In this document: one piece after another, positions 11,001 through 23,087 of the stretch | Layout: every line of letters begins with the position of its first letter | Numbering within the stretch: the first letter of the stretch is position 1 | Assembly: GCA_026025075.1 (NCBI GenBank) | Contig: JAPEUI010000059.1 | Span: 62,001-109,184, forward strand | Direction: 5' to 3' | From: Vezdaea acicularis | Lineage: Eukaryota | DNA length: 47,184 nucleotides | Translations under genes and position numbers: made by a program | The notes under the pieces: model-generated | Database searches by the model: none | The model's input: only the letters and a program-made list of their open reading frames with translations | What the model was told of the DNA's origin: nothing

Positions 11001-13835
11001 CGACTGGTAAGTACCCGCCTTCTCCGTTACTGATCCGCAAGGTAGCGATTGGTCCTGTCGAAGCGGAACCTGAGAGAAAAGTATAATCATTGGCATACTG
11101 GCCGTTGCTATAGACGAAGAAGTAGGATGTATATGTCCCAACTCCATTGACGGTTGTAAAGGTTGCAGGGATGGTAATTTGCTGATTGGGCGCAATCTGG
11201 CTTCCAATCGCAGGCAATCCTGTTGCAGTAAAGCCAGGACCAAGACCCCAAGTACCACCGTTGTTAGTAGAATTGTGATAAACAGCGTTGGGATCGTCGG
11301 TATTATCAGTGGTCCATGCATATCCTAGGATGGTGAGGGGGGACTGGCCAGCATTTCCGATTACAAAATCGGAACCAACCGAGGTCTGCTGTCCATTCAC
11401 CACGACAACGCCCCCAAAATCGGTTTCTACTGGGCTAACGGTCAGGTAAGGGGTCGAGCTGACTTCTGTGCCCGTCAGACTGAGAGGAAAGAGTGTAGAG
11501 TAGCCAGCGACAGCATTGGTGGTGAATAGGGTCAGAGCAGTGCTTTTTACCCCTGGTTGGGTGTTGCCATAGCTTGCACTGCCCTGATTCGAGACGGTTA
11601 CGGCGGTGAGATCCCACGTCACGGGGAAAGTGAATGTGGTTCCAGCGGCAAGGGCTCCTTGTGGTAGACTTGAATTACTAACTTGAAAATTAGGATCACC
11701 CGTGGTGGCTCCGTTGAGCTTCGTGATGGCAATGTTGGCTTTACAAGTGACCGTCAAAGTCTTTTTGCTCCCTAGCGCGACCTGACCGAAGTCCACGGGA
11801 GAGGAACAATTGAGCGGAAGTGAGACAGGTGAGCCTAAACAGTAGACAGTACCGGTCGCATCAGAAACGTAGAGCCTCGTATCCCCAAAGACGGGTCGCT
11901 GAAATTTATTAAGGCCGTTTACTTGAGGAAGTTTAATAGTCTTGAGGACGCCATTATTCGGTACGGCGTACCAGGCACGTAGCCCAGCATCAGGATCCTA
12001 TGATTCGTTAGTCATGGCATGATGGCAAGACAAGGTTCAGCAGTTCTGCTGTATGGATGCTCGCTTACCGCCATCCACAAGATCGCCGTGCCTGCCTGAC
12101 CATTAAGCGTCGTGATTGTCGGAATACCAACCCCAACTCGTCCGGCGCTAGCTTCGTTGGTCTTGCCTGCCTGGGTGAACTGGGGTTTTCCGCTGCCGTC
12201 GAATCCTAGCTTGTAGGCGTATGTAGGATACCCGACAGGGGTAGAGTAGAAATACCCACCCTCACCAGGGTACGATCCAGAGCCTCCAAATACCGGCAGA
12301 GCAGTGTCAATTGTTTGGATGACCAAATCTGTTTGACCTGGTCCAAGCTTATAACCACCAAGATTGTCTGCGTTGAGGATGTAAATTTTGCCGGCTTTGC
12401 CCACAGCAATTCCGATTCGAGAGACGCCCGTGCCTTTGAAAACGGTTGGATCCAGAAGATTAATTCCACCGGAGCCTGCCACCGGTGTCAGTACACCAGA
12501 ATTGCGCACACCAAGGATCCTTGAGCTTACCAAAATCTCTATCACCACCGTCCATGCCCTCATAATCATAAGGCTGGAAATAGTCGGTCAACTTCAGGGG
12601 TCCTGCATTTGTGGCAAGGTTTACTACTGCTTCGCCAAGCGTATGGCAACCGCTTTGCCCCGTAGCTGGGGTTCCGTCGTTCTCATGGTAACCCCCGTTT
12701 CCTATTCCAAAATAGTTAGGTTAGTCTTCGCATTCACAAGAAACCAACTAAGCCGCGAGAGACAGACCTGTTACGAAGAAAAGACGAGCACCGTCCGTAG
12801 CAAGACCCATGCCGCACATCCAAATACCACCTTGGCCTCCGGCGCCGTTGACATTATAAGGCCCAATATTTGGGACTAGAGGTCCGCTTTCCGTGGCAAA
12901 GGACGTCACCACCTTTGCTGCAGTGATGTCGATGCCCATCACAATACCGGTGTAGTTCTACGTTTTCAGTCAGCTGCGAGAGTGGGGGATGATAGAACAG
13001 GTCAGCCTACGAAAAGATCACAATGTCCTCCGAACGCGCCATACACAATATTGCCGATGTGTGTGAGAGCCTATATTTCCTAGTCAACTCCGATCATAGC
13101 AGGCGTGACAGACGAGTGGGGCTCACAGGCCGCTGCAGGGTCACTCCGCCGAAAAAGTGCTTTCCTGGGGCATTGTCCGCCGTGGTCCCATCGACCAAGA
13201 TCGGATAACCAGGCGCGTTCGCCAACGTGTTGATGTTAACGCCATAAAAGTAATAGACGCCATTGATGAGGCCCGTGTTACCGGCCGCGCGATAATTCGG
13301 AATGTATGACTTCGCGAAAAAATAGACCGTATCCGTGGCCGGATCAAGTACCGGTGTACCAACGATCCCAATATAATTCGGAATGTCCGTGCATCCAATG
13401 TCAGACTGCAAGAATGGCGTGGCGACCTGGCGGGCATTGATCAAAGCTCCTGTTTTCGCATTGAGGGTACGGATCCAATTTTTAGTAGATGCCAGGAAGA
13501 CGATCTGCGTTCCAGATGCGGGCGTATATACGAGTGGCTGCGCATAGAACTATATCATATAACAATCTTAGCCAAAGATCTGTAGCATGTTCCGTCAAGT
13601 CTCCAATTCGCGCGCCACTGCTCACCTGTTCACCTGGGTAAGGATTCTTCCACAATTGCCCAAACTGAGAGGAATCGACGATGGAGGGATCCATATTATG
13701 ATTGGGTAGGTAACCGGACTGTGGGGGGTCAGCAGCAGCAATGCTGTCAGTGGATGCAAGCGAATGGACGCTGATTGGCAGCAGAAAGGCCGTCAATATG
13801 ACCAGCCGTAAGACGGCCATTGCGGCGGTCTTCAT
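8004..13835 (-). CDS. Large secreted WSC-domain protein: signal peptide, putative beta-propeller-like N-terminal region, Ig/ASH-like domains, 5 WSC modules with Ser/Thr linkers
   Basis: Signal peptide MKTAAMAVLRLVILTAFLLPISVHS. WSC motifs (Y.GCY..., C...C...GY.YAG.EY..ECWCG, C...C.G.....CGG) at ~10620-10350, 10215-9880, 9760-9420, 9305-8975 and 8400-8050. Multiple GT-AG introns (e.g. 8182-8238, 9090-9141, 9450-9504, 9907-9956, 12476-12530). Start is ATG 13835 or 13820. The propeller and Ig/ASH assignments are inference. Confidence 0.85.
8430..8915 (-). repeat. Low-complexity Ser/Thr-coding linker (TCG/ACG/TCC-rich)
   Basis: ~160 codons of nearly pure S/T between WSC4 and WSC5. It produces a spurious antisense V/E/D-rich ORF. 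Confidence 0.9.
9408..10290 (-). repeat. Tandem duplication of a WSC module including its intron (period 452 bp)
   Basis: GACGTAGAGCCGGCTGGAAGTGTGTTTCCAGCCCA occurs at 9561 and 10013. Intron donors at 9504 and 9956 have the same 452 bp offset. The two translated modules are nearly identical. Confidence 0.93.
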
Positions 13836-15707
13836 GGCCGGCAACTGTAACGAGGGAGCAGTCGGCAGGCAGACGTCGAGGGCCACAATGAGTGAGACGA
13901 GGACGACGGAAGACGATGAGGGTTCACTTCTCCACGTCGAGCCAAGACTTGGGGCGTCATGGCTGGTTTATAAGAGTGGGTGGCCCGTTGGCCAAGCCAG
14001 CGGAGGACATGGGAGCCCCCCCCCCCCCCGCCCTAGACAAAGTACTTATTGCTGGGATTTCCGTCTTGAGCAAAAGGGCCCTCTCGTGTGCCCGTTTTTT
14101 CCAGGGACGCCTCGCACCCGGGAAAGACTCCCGCCGGCGGCGCAAGGTTTCCTCTCAGGGCTGGACCAGCTACAGTTAGCCGCGAGGGAAAAAGGGTCCG
14201 AGTCTGCGATCTTACGCTTGCCTCTTTCCGGAATGACCTAGAGACTGGGCTTGGAGGTCGCGAGGAAAGGTGCTCATTGAGACTCATCCAGAAGCAGACC
14301 AGTCCGCATGCATTCCGGATTGATCTGGTTCAGATGCCCGTCGATTCTGTTGGTCTAGTCTGGTGGAGCCGAGTAGAGTCGGTTGATAGCTCTAAGCTCG
14401 GCCAGGGAGTCTGATACTCCGCTTCTCGCGGGCGTAATATGGGATGTGCGATGGCATGCAGAGTCGAACGCGCCGGATGAGCTAGATGAACCATGCGTTC
14501 TGCCAAGCTTTGGGCTCTGCGTCTCCGCACCCTCCTCGGTATCCAGGATGATCCAGGGTCCATCCCAGCCGCTTGCTTGGACTTTAGCCCAGATGATAGC
14601 TCCCCTCTGCAGCCATCACTCATCCGTGACCAAATCAGAGGTGTCAGTCGAGAAGCCTCCGGACAGCTTCCTCCGCTGGAGAGGAGGGGAGTGAAAGCGT
14701 GCACGAGACGCGTAACTCATGCAGCGAAGAGCACGACGAATGGTCATCCCGTCAACATTCCCTGCCTCCATGTCCGGCTGCTGAGTAAAAGGTCTTGCAC
14801 AGGAAGAGGGTCAGCGATGCTCCACCACGCCGCATCCTGCGTTCTCTCCGGACTAAGTGGCGACGGACAATTCCCCGCGGGTCGCACTAGACAGCCAAAC
14901 TTGTGCAAAAAGAAAGTTGGTTAGAGCCGGCAGATCGGCAAGAGACAGTCGTGTGGGGCCAACACGACCGGCGCCAAGGCGAAGGCTAAAGCTGTGAGTC
15001 GGAATGCTTCAGCTAAAAGGCGGACCAGCGGCGAGTCAGCGAAGAGGGGCGTGATAGCCTTCATTGAATTCTGCGGCATGTCGCTAAATGCGGCCGATTC
15101 GAAGCTGGTGGAGGGCGAGCGGCGCAGGCTGAGAATAGAACGGGAACGGGTGAACGTGGTGGTTGGGGCAGGTAGACACACGACCAGAGCGGGCCATGGC
15201 CACGGTCACAATCACATGTCGGCGCCGTGAGCCATCAAGCCGTTTCCCTACGCGAGGAGTCAAACTTTGTAAGTTGGTGGACATGGGCGGCCCGTCCAAA
15301 GTACCAGACCATATCGCGGTACTTGGGCCAGCCGTCTGTCGAGGTAGCTCTGCCAATCCCTGCGTATCGCGGCGTATCTCTGCGTATCTCTGCAGTCAGC
15401 TTTCATCTCTTGCGCCAACACGAAGGAGAAACGCGAGGTTTGGTGCCCCCAATTCCCCGAGCTCCATTGGCGTCGCCGGCCGTGTCAGACTCACGGACGA
15501 GCATCGTCATGACTTGTCGTCGCTCTGTGGAACCCTGGCCATGCGACGACCAGCATCACCTTCCTGGATCGACCGCTCAGCTCTTCCCCGCAGCATCTGA
15601 CATTGCAGGCGTCCATGGTTCGGTGGGTTCGGTCAGGTGTCCCCGCGCTGCAGACCAGCTCTGGTTGCATCGCGCGAAGGAAGGGCTCGGCCTCGGCCTC
15701 GGCCATC

Positions 15708-15770
15708 GACATGGACGACGGGGGACGACATGAGAGACATGAGGAGACATGGGGAGACATGGAAGACATT
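15708..15770 (+). repeat. Short imperfect tandem repeat of (G)AGACATG units
   Basis: gacatg gacgacggggga cgacatg agagacatg aggagacatg gggagacatg gaagacattg. Confidence 0.7.
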
Positions 15771-18700
15771 GCCGCGAAGTTCCGTATGAGAAGTGGGGTA
15801 CGGGTACCCAAGGATCGTGTTGGTAGAGTTTGCTGTTGATCGATTTTGCTGGCCTTGCAGTGATCAGCAAGGCTCCCTCGTCGCCCAAAAGCCTCCGGAC
15901 TCAGAAATCAGAAACCTCGCGAAGCGCAACGCGGGTCGTCGAAGGGTCCCGGCAACGGGGAGCCGAGGCTCCGATTGCAAAGGCCGTGCTCAGTCATCCG
16001 AGCTCAAGTTACTCCTCCTCCACCTTCTTCCTCTCTCCTCCGTGCCTACCGGACCGTTCTTGTCCTACCAGCGTCCGGGCATCTCCACTAAAAAAGAACA
16101 AGCCTTCGTGAGCCTTTCGCAAGCCTCCTCATCAACTCACGCGCCCGGCTTGGCATCGCGCCGTCTAGCTTGGCAGCTATGGCCTTTGCGCACAAGACGT
16201 GGGGACATTTCTGCGGTGAAGCCCTCCATTCTTCGATGAGCCCAAGGGCGGGCTATCGACGATGGCACTGCCAACAATCGATAGTCCAAGACCCAGCTGC
16301 ATATCACTCACCGTCGCACCACCCGCCAGTTCATCCAGTCGATTGACCGGTTCGTGCCATGATGTCTCGTAGGGTGGGAACGGCGTCGTATCTGCAGGTC
16401 GTGTTGCATCCTGCTTTTGCTCTAACTCGCTCGCCCTTCCATGGTGCCCTGCTCCAGTGTCTGCCGCATCCCGGCTCCTGCTCCATGAACCCCTCACCGA
16501 AGAGAGTGGACCCTTGGACAAGTCGTCGTAGCAAACAATCCGAGATCGACTGTCGCTTCGAGAGCCCCAGGAGATTGACTCCCTTCGCAACGCGTACGTG
16601 TACGTCGATTGGGGGCCGGCGTCATGGCATCGACCGCGGACGAACCATTCTCTGTTGCGCCGAAGCCTTCTTTCATTCTTTCCGCCTATCAGCGCCACCT
16701 CATCTCCAAGCCACGGTAGCCAATGAAGCCCGAGCAGAGACATATCGGCGCAAGGCTTTTGTCGTGTTGTGGAGGAGGGCGCCATCCAGGAAAGCTTATC
16801 CCGCCGCACGTCTTGGCGTCTTGGCGTATTGGCATCGGCCTTCCCGCACTGATCATCTCGATATAATTGCGATGATTTGGTGGCATGGCGAACCAGGTCG
16901 TCTTCCACGTGGACTTGGAAAGTCGGAGCAAACGTCTCGGACAAAAGCAGATTGAAGCAGTGTCGGACGCACCTTGAACTGTATTCTCCTTGCTCCTATC
17001 CGCGGTTCTGGAGTTGAGATGATTGGAAGGTGGGATTACCAGCGGTGCCCTCTCCGCTTCGGCCGAGTTAGTCACGATGCCGCCTCTTTTACGGGCCGCT
17101 AGCTCGTCGACGCAACCTCTCACTCTCACTCTCGCTCTTCGACTTTTCTTTTTGCAGCTTGGACTTCCCGAGCGCTTTCGTCCTTTCATCCTCTACAGCA
17201 GCTTCGTCGAGCTTTCTCGTCACCTTCATGCAGGCACATCGCGAGGCACGGGAATGTCGAAAGCCATCCCGACGCGCATGGGAATCTGAGACGCCTCTCC
17301 GAACGTGCGGCCACGCCTGCAGCACTTAGCTGGTGCGGTCGTCGCACCTGGCTTATGCGAACGGCGATCCATCACCCATTTGCATCGGCGAGATCGACTG
17401 CAGTTTCGATCTTTTGACTTTGGTGATCTCGCTAGAGGAGCTTGCACGACAGTAGCGTCGATTCCGTCCAAACGCCGGTATTTTCATACCGTAATGGCAG
17501 TACCTGATCGTCCCCGACTCATCTCCCAGGGCTGAAACGAATAAACAGAGAGGTGTCCGTGGGGAGGGTGTGCCACGCATTCTACCATACTATTGGCGGG
17601 GTTTATCCTTGATCCAATGGCTAAATACAATGAAAAACAAGGAAAATCAAGATAGCAGTCTATCAGCTCGTATTATGCTCGACACAAACGGAAGAGACGA
17701 GCAGGCTGGAAGCATAGAGAAAGAGACGCGATTCAGTACAGAAGTGGCGCTGACTGCCTGCAACCATTCAGGAATGGAGAGGCGTCTCACATGCGCGAAT
17801 CGGGCGAGGGTGACTTCACATGCCATAGTCTTGAAGGTCGGAATCCCTCGAAGTCGACCAGAATATATGAGGTCCTGACGAAAAGGCTCAAGTAAGGGGC
17901 AGAAAAATACTTAAGGATCCATGTAGGGAGGGGGGGAGACGGATACTTGATCCGATGCTGGCAGCGAGAGCCCAACTGGGAAGAATACTGTCTTGCTTGG
18001 TGAGTATGCCCCAAAGCTCGAGAAACAGTATGGGGTTTTTCGTCGACCAATCTAAAATCTAAGGAATAGGGAGCAAGTGCCCTCATGCATCACTAGAAGG
18101 GCCCATCTCGCAATGACGGCAACAACGGAGAGCCTCTGCTGTCTGCAGTCATTCAGGAAGAGTAAGCGTTTATGGCTGATAGGTGTATCTTTAGGTGTTC
18201 CCTGAAGACTTGGTCAAGATCCCCACGCAGAGCTTAGAGCCATGATCCTTTGATGCTGCTGCATGACCGATCTATCTACTTTCACCCTCTTCCGTGACTG
18301 CAATGGATTTTGAGACTATTATCAGACATTGATCTCATAGCTACCCCACCTTCACACAACCATGATGGTACAGTATCTTCCCAGATTGCTTAAGTAAAGA
18401 GATTCAATGTCTTCTACATGCTTTTGTAGTTGCATCACAATACCCAGGAGATAATCTTCCATTCCACATGCCCTCAAGTCGGCACAAGGTGCCGACTTTA
18501 TAGGTAGCGTGCAGTTTTTGTTGAATGATAGTCACAATTACTGTGTATCCAGAAGCATACATATCAGTTCACTGGGGCTTTAGCATGAACCTGGTAGATA
18601 TATGCACCCCATATTCTAGACCTAGGGTTCTTGATCTGAGCGCTTCGGGTGATCGTGCATTAAATCCTTGACGAACGCGCTCGTTTTAGGCATCTTAGCG

Positions 18701-18927
18701 AGTGTTTAACGAACTGGGTAACTCGACTGCACAAATATTCCTTCGCGTCTTCAGTGCAGTGATACACCTTCACTAACCCCTCATTCCCTTTCCTCACTTC
18801 CAAAAGCCACATAGATCTAGATCGGGATACACCTCGCATCCACGTCGTCATAATCCGGGTTGTGACGCTCCGTCTTTTGCCCCATTGTCCACTTCCAGAC
18901 AGACCCGCACAAGAGTATTCCCCCACC

Positions 18928-21070
18928 ATGTCCAGAAGACCGCCCAATCCGGCTGCAGATCGAGCCGCGCAGAATCAAGCTACCATCAAGACACTCCTGA
19001 AGCTTGAAGGTAATAAGACATGTGCAGACTGCAAGAGGAATAAGCGTATGTTCATGCCCTCACTGCGTTGATGTCTCGAATATAGGATCTTTGAGCTGAC
19101 AGGTCATTACACGGCAGATCCAAGATGGGCGAGTTGGAACTTGGGTGTTTTCGTCTGCATACGGTAGTTTATATGCAACCGCAAAGTTCTCGCGCATGGT
19201 CAGTAGGAGTCGAGACTGACAGAATTACAGATGCTCAGGCATACATCGTGGTATGGGAACTCATATCAGTCGAGTCAAATCAGTCGACCTGGATGCTTGG
19301 ACAGATGAACAAATGCAAAGCGTACTGCAATGGGGCAACTCACGGGCGAACAAGTTTGTACATAGTGGAAGACGGAGCTTTAGGTCATGCTGATTGCTGT
19401 TAGATATTGGGAGGCAAAGTTGGCGCCTGGCCACGTTCCTTCAGAAGCGTACGTTGAAGCTCATTCCTATGACGTTCCAAAATTAACTGGGACTCACTGC
19501 AGTAAGATTGAGAACTTTATTCGGACAAAATACGAGTCTAAAAGATGGGTTATGGATGGAGAGAAACCGGATCCATCAACCTTGGACGGTGACGGTGACG
19601 ATGATGTTGTGAGCGTTCCTTCGACACCCTAGTCATGGCAAGCTATAGAACGCACAATGGCTGACCGTTTCTCAGCCCCTAAGAGTCGTTCAGGAGAAGC
19701 AGAAGCTAGAACGGTCTGCGTCGAATAGACTTCCTGCAACCTCAAACCAACCGTCCTTGCCGAGTGCGCCCAAGCAATCAGTAGATCTTTTCGGAGATGA
19801 TACAACTCCTGCTCCTCGCCCAAGCACAACGGGTCCTTCGTCTGTAGCTCGGGCTGCCCCTCCGAAAGCTCCACCAAAGCAAGCAAAGCCAGGAGACTCT
19901 CTTCTTGGATTAGACTTCTTCGGTGCACCAAATGCGCAACCCAGTGTTCCTGCCGGCTCTACTCCAAGTGCCCAGTCTACAACGCAATCGCGGCCGGACT
20001 TGAAGCAGTCAATTCTGTCGCTCTACGCTTCGGCCCCACGCCAGCAGGCGCCATCACAACCCCAACCTCAGCAAAATGCCACTGGCTCTTTCTCGAATGC
20101 ACCAATGCCTAACTCTCATCGACCACGACAGCCATCCTTTGGTGGAATGAACGATGCATTCAGCAGCCTGAGCTTTGGCTCCACCACTTCTCCACCCACG
20201 CAACAATCGAAGCCTTCACCATTCACCGGTCTTGGCAACGTGTCTAGTCCCAAATCTGCACCAGCAGGACCTCAACTTACTTCCCCTGGACTGAGCGGCG
20301 GTGGATTCTTTGACACCGGCCCCAAGCCTCCACAGCAAAAGCAGCAACCACCGCCCAAGCAGCGCACCATCAGCAATGCCAGCTTTGGCGCCTTTGACTC
20401 TGCCCCCAGCCCTGCAACAATAACGACAGCAGCAGCGCCTACCCAACGAGCGGCAAGCTCCTACGTAAGCGACCTCTTCGACTTCTCAGCCCCATCCACC
20501 CAGTCTGCCCTTCCTCCCCAACCCATCAAAACCCCCGCCTCGGACCTTTCCTCTGTCTTCAACCTCTCCAAGCCCACGAGCCAACCCCAAGCCGCGTCAA
20601 AGAACCCCCCTCCCGTCCTCGCGCCCTCAAGCGGCATCGCCGACCCCTGGGGCACCAACGACGTCTGGTCCACCCCCGACACATCTACTGCTCCCACCAC
20701 CAACCCACCCCTCCCCAAATCCAAGCCATCCGCCCAAACCTCGCCCTCCATCCCCGCTGCCCCAGCTGGAAGCGACTTCGGATGGGGCGCCTCCGACTTT
20801 GGGAGCAGCTCCGGCTTTGGCGCGCCCTCGGCGTCAGCAGGCGGTCTGGAAAAAGCTCTACCGTCTCGGCCCACGCAAGCGCCCCATGTCGCACCCGACG
20901 AGGAGTTTGGCGGCTGGAGCAGCGCGGCTCCCGTCAGTCCCGTGATGTCAAAACCGCCGCCGCAGCCGCTGCAGGGGATGCAGTCCTCGGCCGGAAAGCC
21001 GTCGGCCTCGGGTGGGGCCTCCGCTGGGTTTGGCGGTAGTGAGGATTTGTTCTCGAATGTATGGGAGTGA
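18928..21070 (+). CDS. ArfGAP, SMAP1/Age2-like
   Basis: CADCKRNK|HPRWASWNLGVFVCI|RCSGIHRGMGTHISRVKSVDLDAWTDEQ zinc finger and KIENFIRTKYESKRW, followed by a Pro/Ser-rich tail with DLF/DPW motifs ending NVWE*. Introns 19046-19117, 19164-19230, 19354-19403, 19449-19502 and 19609-19675. Confidence 0.93.
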
Positions 21071-21605
21071 GCCGGAATCGGGCTGTGCTGCCGGTGGATT
21101 TTTGGGTTGTGGAATTTGCTCTTGTGTAGAGGGATGATGGAAGGGGTGGGGGAGGAGGTTGAGGTGGTCAAGGCACGTAGTTAGAAATATAAATACTATT
21201 GTGAAGATATTCATGCAATGTGCATGCTCTTCAGTCGCATCCTGTCTATAAACACGCACCAAACGCTTCCCCTCCCCCGCTTGGGGCGCCGTCTGTTTGA
21301 TAGAGAAGCAGAATGGAAGATGTAAATGTCGCAAGAATGTAACCAATATGGTCCCGCCCCCCTCCTCCTCCTTCAAAAAAAGAATATAGACGCCGTGCTG
21401 TATGCATGCTTGTTTGTGCTTGTGCTGTGCTGTACTGTAGAGTGTGAGAAATATGGTCTGAAATAAACATCCCCTTGGGGGGTTTTCCCATGCTGGTTTC
21501 ATGTGGGGAGAGATTCTCTTCCTAGTTGTGCGCGCTTCGCTACTCCTCCTTACTGGCGAGGTAAGGGTGGGCTAGGTTCGCCTCTTTCCCTCCCTCTACC
21601 CCGCC

Positions 21606-21630
21606 GGGGGGGGGGGGGGGGGGGGGGGGG
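21606..21630. repeat. G25 homopolymer
   Basis: Uninterrupted G run between the convergent 3' ends of the ArfGAP and SNARE genes. Confidence 0.95.
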
Positions 21631-21750
21631 AGGTGGCATTCATCGTACTTATCCGCAGGTGTATCCCCAGTACACCTCCCTTCCCCCTCTCCATCCCTCT
21701 CCTTCCTCTCCGCATCACACTCCCAGGTCCATCCCCACCCCTCCCACCCA

Positions 21751-22274
21751 CTAGAAGAAAAATCCAGAAAGCCACCACAGCACAACCGCACTAACGACCA
21801 GAATCCCCGCCAGCTTGAGCACTTGGACCCTACTCCCCTGCCCGGCCATGCGGCTCAGTCGCCCCGCAGAACCGCGGAGAGTCGTGCCGAGGGTGGAGAA
21901 GAGTTCGTTCTATTCCCCGATTGGGCGGGTTTGTCAGCAAGTTTCATCCAGCCATCAAGGGGTGAGCACCAAAAACGCAGGACGGGCCAGAGAAAGAATG
22001 ACCCCCGAAAGCGCCCAGGACAGTAAGATAGGAGGAGCGAGACATACGCTATTATCAATAACGCCCTGCGCCTGCGCGTTATCGTAGATATCGACAGTCA
22101 CGCCCCGCAGGGCGGATACCTTCGCCGACAGCTCGTCGAGGCGAGATGTGTTTTGTCTGTTTGGGGCGCCTAAATTAGCTTTGGGCGTTTGTGAGATGGG
22201 TGAGGTGGGTAATGTAAGGAGGAAATGGGGAAGAGGGGGAATGGGTACCGTTCGCGCTCGTATGCGTCGGACAT
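21751..22274 (-). CDS. Small Golgi Qc-SNARE, Sft1/Bet1-like (~98 aa, tail-anchored)
   Basis: Three exons (22274-22249, ~22156-22048, 21909-21751) splice to MSDAYERERQNTSRLDELSAKVSALRGVTVDIYDNAQAQGVIDNSNELFSTLGTTLRGSAGRLSRMAGQGSRVQVLKLAGILVVSAVVLWWLSGFFF*. Missed by the ORF track. Confidence 0.9.
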
Positions 22275-23087
22275 TTTGGGGCTTGGTTGGGAGGGAGATC
22301 CTTTGAGGGTTTGAGGAGGGAGGGAGGGCTTGTAATTGTCGGAGGTTCGGCTGCAGCGGGCTGGGAGGGTGTGGGTTGCCGTAGCGTGGGGAGGGAGCTT
22401 GGGGTCCACAGCGGGGTTTGTTACGCTGGTCTATTTATATTTGAAATGAGTCGAGAGTGAATAGCTTGATGTTTGAGCGTTCTATTTTTTGGAGTGGCGT
22501 CGATTAAATTGAGATTTAGGGTGGTGCGGGGGTGCATTTCAAGATATGAAGCCGCTGCTTGAAGGCATCGTATGGGCAGGGATAGCTCACTCGTTCTATT
22601 CACTAGTAGAACTTTTCGAAAAGCCTCAAATAATTAAGGATTATTTAGATGATGAATGTGTTTTACAAGAATGGGCTAGATTCCTCAATACACTAAAACT
22701 ATCGCCAGACCTCGCGGTTGTGCTAAATCCTCCATCCAAGGTCGTATTTGTAGCCCCCATTTCAGGCGATATCCGGAAGAACGGCCTTTCTCCTTGCCGA
22801 GCCTCTCACCGGCGTCATCGCTCCCATAGCTTCCAGCCCTTTCCGGGCCGTCCACTTACCTTATATACACAGCCTATCGAACATTTTAGCGCGCTCAATA
22901 TATATCCTTCGGCCTCTGAGGGTCACCTACTTATTAAAGATATACCTTCTACTTTGTGACCATCATATCCGCGTCTTTGATCACGGCGTAGTGGGGGTTT
23001 ACGCCAATAACTTCCTAACAAAGCACTCAGATATTCCTTCCCGCCTAAAGACGGCCCGTTCCTCTTGTCGCACAACCTTACCCCACG

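Noticed and set aside
5875..13835. MBOAT plus WSC genes as a secondary-metabolite cluster
   Set aside because: There is no backbone enzyme, transporter or pathway regulator nearby, and the flanks are housekeeping genes.
15708..15770. Repeat array as CRISPR-like
   Set aside because: Units are 7-10 nt with no spacers, in a eukaryotic context with no cas genes.
14000..17600. Many overlapping 60-255 aa ORFs
   Set aside because: Arg/Ser/Pro-rich on all frames with no motifs or consistent splice structure, as expected from GC-rich non-coding DNA.
22546..22959. 137 aa ORF between the SNARE and Ysc84 genes
   Set aside because: It lies in a divergent promoter/5' UTR region with no recognisable motif and is likely spurious.
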